From Antedon mediterranea (Eukaryota > Animalia > Echinodermata), in NCBI RefSeq assembly GCF_964355755.1, contig NC_092674.1, positions 27,466,001 to 27,530,000 on the forward strand: a stretch of 64,000 bases of DNA. Direction: 5' to 3'. Positions 57,626 through 64,000 of the stretch are shown here, in pieces; the stretch's first letter is position 1; each line of letters opens with the position of its first letter. The notes under the pieces are model-generated. The model made no database searches, had not been told where the DNA came from, and saw nothing but the letters and a program-made list of their open reading frames with translations. The translations under genes were made by a program, and so were the position numbers.

Positions 57626-60389
57626 CATTAAGTCGATAATATATATAAGATGTAATAATATGAATATTCCAAAGCCCACGTTTTTCTTTTCTCTGATTAT
57701 TATCATGAAACGATTGGGATGTGATTTCCACTTAAGTGTCAATGTTTAAGTACATGTTTTTTTAATTTTAAACTCGTGTAAACGAATAATATCGGACGTA
57801 GTCTTAATAGACCTATAATTGTCAAGTGAATATTCTGCGATGAAATATGTTTACCAAAAGGCAATATGATACAGATACAGATTCCTTATTCTCCAATATA
57901 ATGGAAATTACAATGCTCATTATCTTGGTTTGCCTAAAATAAATACTATTTCGAGCAAATATAACTTGACTAAAAGACCGCCGGTAAACAGTCTCACGCG
58001 GTTTTTAAGATAATAATACAAGGCATACGAATATTATGTGTTATTATAATTATAAACAATTCCATTTTGTTTTATTTCAAATAATAAGTATATGATCTTA
58101 TAGTTCTACACTTGTATGATGTATGAAGTATTGGTTCTTACAAAATAACAGAAGTTTAAAAACGTAACATTTTGCAAAATTGCAATATAATATTTTTCAT
58201 AAACTATTCAATTAAAAAAAAACAAGTACGATTTTGCATTACTTCTAAACTTGTATGATACAGTACTTAAAGTGCTGGTTTCTTATAAAATAACATAAGT
58301 TTATTAACGTAAAATTTTGCTAAATTGCAATATCAAAATTTGTCTGTTGATATAATAACCTTATTTATTGTGAAATAAAACTGTTTTCAATTCATATATG
58401 TTTCTATAGAAACTAGCATTAAGCCAGGCCATAGAGAATGCCAGCTGGAAACAGGGTCAGGGGTCATACAAGACCCGTATTCACATGACACAAAATGATG
58501 TAAAGTTAATTGGCAAGGCGTGCGTTAAATCATCATAAAGAGAAGGGTTACTTGTATTGAGTAGGGAATTTCTGGCAAATGAGATGTCCTTTATCACACA
58601 TTGACCGTATGTCACTTATGTACAGATTTAGTCGTATAACATTCACACACTACCGTACTCGTTAATGTTATGATGTCTACAGTAAAGTGTCTGTGTGTTT
58701 TCCTGTATATTAACTTCTCGTAATAAAATAATTACAATGATAAACATAATTTATTATATTATGGTTACGCAAACCTTTTTTTTAATAAAGAAAATTAATA
58801 ATATAAATTAATAATAAAATAACTTACTTCGGTTTGGTTTTTTTATAGCATGGTTGGAATTTCATTTTTTCGTATTAGTTTATGTACAGCGCTTAGAGTT
58901 TTCACAACATTAGGCGCTATATAAATCCAGGATATTATCATTATTATTATGTACAATAATTGAAAAATAAGTAAAATGAAATAAAAGAACAAAACGTTAA
59001 ATTTTTCTTTTTCAACTGAACAAAAAATGTCCAAGAAAAAATTAGTTATCGCTAAACTCGTTTCTACAAACCGACATGACGTGCGGTATTCCCAGAAAAT
59101 TTAAATTTTAAACAAACATTTCAAATGGATATTTTTACACCCCTCTTTTTTTCAAATTTGCAGTTCGTGATAAATTTGTACACATGCTGCTATACATTTT
59201 GAAGGTGCTTTCGTCACGCTGTCGGAACGGGTAGATCAGGCCAAATATGTGTAATAAGAGGAAGCATGCTAGAGCCTTCTCTTTCAACAGAGGGCCTTGA
59301 CTTGCGTTCTTCATAGGTGTCTGGGGAAAACAAGGAGTCTTATCAGGGGTACGATCTCACTCACATCTGATCGAGGCGGTCACACTCGATACCAGGGGAG
59401 TTCGCGAGGGGCGAGGAACGTTTAAATTTTGAGGAACAACGCGCGTGCATATTTCACAATTTTATTGATGATACACCAAGTATTGTCTCTGAAGTAAACA
59501 GGATTGTCTGATCGTTGGGAAAGTCGCCGCATGTGTTTGATTTTTCCTCCTTTGAATGTAATTGCGTCGAAGGCCGACGGGGAAGAAAGAGTGCTAGAGA
59601 GGGGCTTGCTTCACCGATAAGATTGATTGGCGATGCGGTACGACAGTACACTGAACCAATGATTCAAGCCAATATTATACAAATTCATGCCTCTCCACAA
59701 AGCGGAACATCACAGAGTCTCTAAAGATTTCGTATAATTACCTTATCTTGAAATAGATAATAACACGTGTAATGCGATCTAATTTGGCGTTACAAAAGAA
59801 AACAGGTTGCATGACAAATTAAAACTTGTCAATTAAAATTTGGGAGACTACATGTCTATAGAATCCTCAGATATAGAGGGATAACATTTACCCATACAAC
59901 CCCCGAGTATAAAGTAGGCCTACTGGCCTCTGTATTTTGCTTGATATGGGAAAAGGGGATAGGTGATGCTGCCTTATTTTCTGAGGACATAGTATTCTTG
60001 CAAACAAAATATAGAAATGCTATACGTTTCCATAAATAGAGGGAAAAGGGCATGGTGCCTGTATTGTAGCATACATTGGTTCTACACAAAATAAATTATT
60101 TTACAGGGAAGGGCTAGCTAGGTTCTAGGCAGTGATTAACTTAGTATTAGCAAAAGATAATTATTTTGGCACACATGGCGTTTTATATTTATAAAACTTG
60201 AGCTTGGATCACCTAGTTTACAGAAAAAAATCGACAAATGGAATAATACTAACTAGAGACGTGGGGGGTGGGAGAGTTTAGCCCACCATGTTATAAAAAC
60301 GGACAATGCGTTCTAGTTTTTTTAAGATGAAGAATTTCGTTCAAGAAGTCCTTAGCCATTAGGCTATATCAAATAATAATTAAAATATT

Positions 60390-60390
60390 T

Positions 60391-60422
<32 letters not shown>

Positions 60423-60423
60423 A

Positions 60424-60456
<33 letters not shown>

Positions 60457-60515
60457 AGTAGAAGTAGTAGGCTAGTAGTAGCACGTAGAAGTAGTAGTAG
60501 TAGGCTAGTTAGTAG
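60390..60515. repeat. (TAG)n microsatellite
   Basis: Directly visible, interrupted by AAG/GGC. Confidence 0.95.
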
Positions 60516-61399
60516 CCCTAATCATACCTCCCATAGTCAAAAGCACCAAAACGGAAGACGCGCGCTCCAACACAAAAGTAAATAGAAAACAAATCATTGT
60601 TGATACTTTGTCATAAAAAATAAGTAACTTAATACCAAGTTAGTTTTATGACAAGTTCTGACTTACATATTTTCAATCAAAATGATCCCTGTCAACTCTC
60701 ATATGCCAATCATTATAATTGTATATTATGTTGAAGTGGACGATTTGATAACAAACTTTAAAATTTTGACAGAAATCATTTTATTTTCCCGTGCTGTCAT
60801 TTTTATAACTTTTATAACAAGCCGTCAAAAAAAAAATTAAATTGAATAAAAAGTGTTGTAGCAGCGTACTCAGGAAATCCCTGGATTTCTAAGTTGCCTT
60901 ATTTACATTAAATCTTTCCGTTAGCTAATTAGATCTACTGTCAATTAAAGTTAAACACTTATAACAACTTTTTTTTTGTATTATCATTGAAATTAACAGC
61001 TTTCAATCTAATTCAAATAAAGTCCTTTGTTATTGCAAGAACCGAGATAATAAAACCGTATTTCAGTGATGGCGCTGTTTTAAAATATTGACTTATATTA
61101 TAAATTTGTGTTTACACATTCCAAGTGTAAGAACTTTCGTATTCTACATCAATGGATATCAATTTGGAAGTATAGAATACACATGTTATATAAAACAAGC
61201 CTGGCCTAATGTAAAAAAAAAGTTAAGTAAAGTTGTCACACTTGTTCAGTTTCTTAGTTAAACATAATAGAAAATCGTATATAAAAAGAATTGAACGGTA
61301 CCGTAAAATGAAACAATTACAATGCAATTTTATAGGGAGTTTTAAAGTAAAAGTGCGTCTTAACTTATCTTTTTAATTACTGGGGGTGGTATAGTATAG

Positions 61400-61460
61400 A
61401 TTTCAACTTTTGCCCAATCAGAGAGAAGGTCACAGAGCGTGCGCAGAATGGTATTATGTG
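61400..61460 (+). promoter_or_regulatory. Putative AASDHPPT promoter
   Basis: CCAAT box (GCCCAATCAG, ~61412-61421) and NRF1-like GCGTGCGCA (~61437-61445); candidate UTR donor AG|GTGGGT near 61609; acceptor at 62552. Confidence 0.4.
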
Positions 61461-62561
61461 CAGACGATCAAAATTCAAGCATGCTGTTTTTGTTGTTTTT
61501 AAAGTTTCACAGGCTAGGGAGCCTAACATTTAGGCCTGCCTGACTAATATTGGGCTAGGTTTAAATGATTTATTATGAATAGCAGGTCAAGAAATCTCCA
61601 CAGCAATAGGTGGGTATAATAATTGTTTAGTATGTTGTTTAGTTTTCTTATAAATCAGTCAAAGTCAGTATGAAACCAACGAGAGGGACGACGATGCGCG
61701 TGGCAGTGGAGGATGATCTCCCTCTGTTTCAAAGTCAGTAGAGGCTGGAGCCAGGCCTAGACCTACCTTTTATTTATTGGGCTGGGCATAGGCATAGACC
61801 TACGTAGCTAGGCTAGGCCCTGCACTTACTGGTCTTCTCATGCATTATCATAGGCTAGCCTACTAAGTCTAAGCTACTCTAGGCCTGGCCCTAGCTACTA
61901 GGCCTAGGCCTAGTAGGCCTATAAAGGCTAGCTTACACAGTGACATACTTATCATACTGTCTGTACTGTATTGTCTAGGCCTAGCTAGGCCTCTAGGTAG
62001 GCCTATATCTTCTAGGCGCGCCTATAAACAGTTCAGTAAGCCCACCCTATCAAGTATCACAATACAAATAAATAGGCCCATGATATCCAATTACTATCTA
62101 CTATCTAGCTGGCATACTACCCTTTCATTTCAATACATTGCCAGTCTGAGTCTACCACCAGCATAAATTACTAACTTTGAATTGTAAAATACTGTAGTTT
62201 TTTTATTATTCATGGTATTTCTTCACTACTTTGAATTAATTATACTGGTACTGGTAGCATTATTGACTTATGATAATTTCCCTATTTCTATTGAATTCAT
62301 ATTTCTTTGTGTCTTCCTTGAATGTAAGTTATTAAGTCCATTTTCCAGATTTTGTCCAGGAAAAGGTAACATAGGCCTATATTGTACTGACTATGCAATG
62401 GTATATTGTATAAAATTCATAGTGCATGTAAGCAGAGTTGGGTGAGGTTTACATTTCATGTCACCCAGCCTTACGTTCATTTTAAGATCCTGAAGTTTTA
62501 TGTACAGTACCTGAAATTATAAAATTTATTTATTTTACACTTTGCAGTACAGGTGGATAAT

Positions 62562-63478
62562 ATGGGAAGTGTCAGATATGCTTTTCGGTTTGGATCCTGG
62601 AAGCCAAATAAAGAAGAATGGATGTTAGCCTCAAGGTGTATACAGCAGGAGGAAAAGGAACGCATTGCAAAGTTTCACTTTGCTAATGATGCTAGGGCTG
62701 CTATGGTTAGTTGTTAGGCACTGTCTACACTATCATACTCTATGTGACAAAAAAATTGTGATGTGCCCATATATAGGCGTGATGATGTCATATCACTACC
62801 ATATTTGTGCAAATCACTACCATATTTGGGCACATAACACTTTTTTTTTTCAAACTAGGTTGATAGTGTAGACAGAGCTTTAAAGAACGTAATTTCAATT
62901 CAAACATTTTGAACATCTATTTTATTTTAAGACAGTCCAAATCTAGGAGACGAGGTGATAGTAGTTGTGTGTGTTTTGTGTGTTCAGCTAAAGCTAGGTC
63001 TACACTATAAAATTAGTTTGACAAAAAGTGTGATGTGCCTAAATATGGTAGTGATATGACATCATCATGTCCATATATGAGCACATTTTTTGTAAAATAA
63101 AGTGTAGACAGAACATAAAGGATCTGTACTGTCTAACAAGGTTACTAAGGTTACTAAGTATAAACAAAAAATAAATAGAATCAAAATATTATCAAAAAAT
63201 ATAATATAATAAATATAAAATTATCTTATTACAGAGTGGAAGATTATTGTTAAGAAAAGTAATAACAGAATCGGAATTCACAGATATATCATGGAAAGAC
63301 ATCAAGTTAGCTAGAACTGACAAGGGCAAACCATACTTAGTGGACAAGAGTGTAATTGTTGACACAGATTTTGCGCCAAATTTCAACTTTAATGCCTCTC
63401 ACCAAGGGGATTATGCAGTCGTTGCAGTTGAATCCAGTTGGGACTGTGGTATTGATGTTATGAAAGTGGAAATGCCTA
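62562..63478 (+). CDS. AASDHPPT: L-aminoadipate-semialdehyde dehydrogenase-phosphopantetheinyl transferase, first two coding exons (gene continues beyond the window)
   Basis: Exon 62562-62705 MGSVRYAFRFGSWKPNKEEWMLASRCIQQEEKERIAKFHFANDARAAM; exon 63235-63478 SGRLLLRKV..RTDKGKPYL..NFNFNASHQGDYAVVAVE..GIDVMK. Sfp-type PPTase motifs; GT-AG, phase 0. Confidence 0.95.
62717..62879. mobile_element. MITE family A copy
   Basis: TIRs with exact TTA/TTA duplication; starts 11 nt into the AASDHPPT intron. Confidence 0.85.
62992..63115. mobile_element. MITE family A degenerate copy
   Basis: GTCTACACTATAAAA..AAATATGGTAGTGATATGACATCATCATGTCC..AGTGTAGACAGA. Confidence 0.7.
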
Positions 63479-64000
63479 GTAAGTTTGTGATTTAAATGCA
63501 ACGTTTATTCTGTGTTGTAGGTTTAGCATGAATCTTACCAGTGGGATGTTAGAATGAACCTTTGTGTAACCTTTGCTGAGGCTTGGTTACTGCTTTACTG
63601 TTACTGTATTCTTTGTTAGTACAACCAAAGACAGCGGTATGGCGCAAAGTTAAAAATAAATATCGAACTAACATGGGAGAGACTTGTGTTCAAGACCTTT
63701 CTGTGCCATATTAGCACTTGTATCTTTAGAAAAATATATTTTACTCTTGTTGCCCTACAAAAGATGACATGCATGCTTGATCTTGTTTCACTATTCAGGT
63801 TGAAAAGAGTAGGAAGACCAGACTAAAGAATTCATTCGGTTTATATAGATTAAGAAGAAATAATACCTGTATTGAGGTTTTCTGTCCTTATTCACAACAA
63901 TATAGTGTATAAGATTAAAGAGGTTGTTTATTGAAGTTCCATCCATTGTGTTCCTTCTTTAAAATCAACATAGAGGGCTCACTATAGTGTTACCAGACCA

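Overview
AT-rich eukaryotic (animal) genomic DNA with spliceosomal introns and many transposon relics, most plausibly from an invertebrate deuterostome such as an echinoderm (inferred from Deu-domain SINEs, gene structure and GPCR type; the species cannot be determined from sequence alone). Gene order: probable 3' end of an unknown + strand gene (4-542); a divergent pair of single-coding-exon rhodopsin-class GPCRs (3728-4942 -, 7873-9051 +); CEP44 (-, about 8 coding exons, 12530-19156) head-to-head with FBXO8 (+, 5 coding exons, 22078-25358); HAND bHLH (+, exon 1 37779-38300, exon 2 48672-48758, missed by the ORF track); and the first two coding exons of AASDHPPT (+, from 62562). Main observations: (1) the CEP44<- ->FBXO8 ->HAND arrangement matches my recollection of human 4q34 in order and orientation, suggesting an old regulatory block; (2) a 1.14-kb foldback element with ~490-bp inverted arms built from 21-bp tandem repeats, TATGG..CCATA ends and a 6-bp target duplication, next to the bidirectional promoter; (3) strong enrichment and promoter-proximal clustering of TAGGCCTA; (4) a 5S-rRNA-headed SINE, tRNA/Deu SINEs, a Penelope-like remnant with a variant hammerhead core, and tiny P-like transposon footprints. 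No CRISPR array or prokaryotic system is present. Exon boundaries were read by eye from GT-AG sites, phase compatibility and remembered homology; no searches were run.
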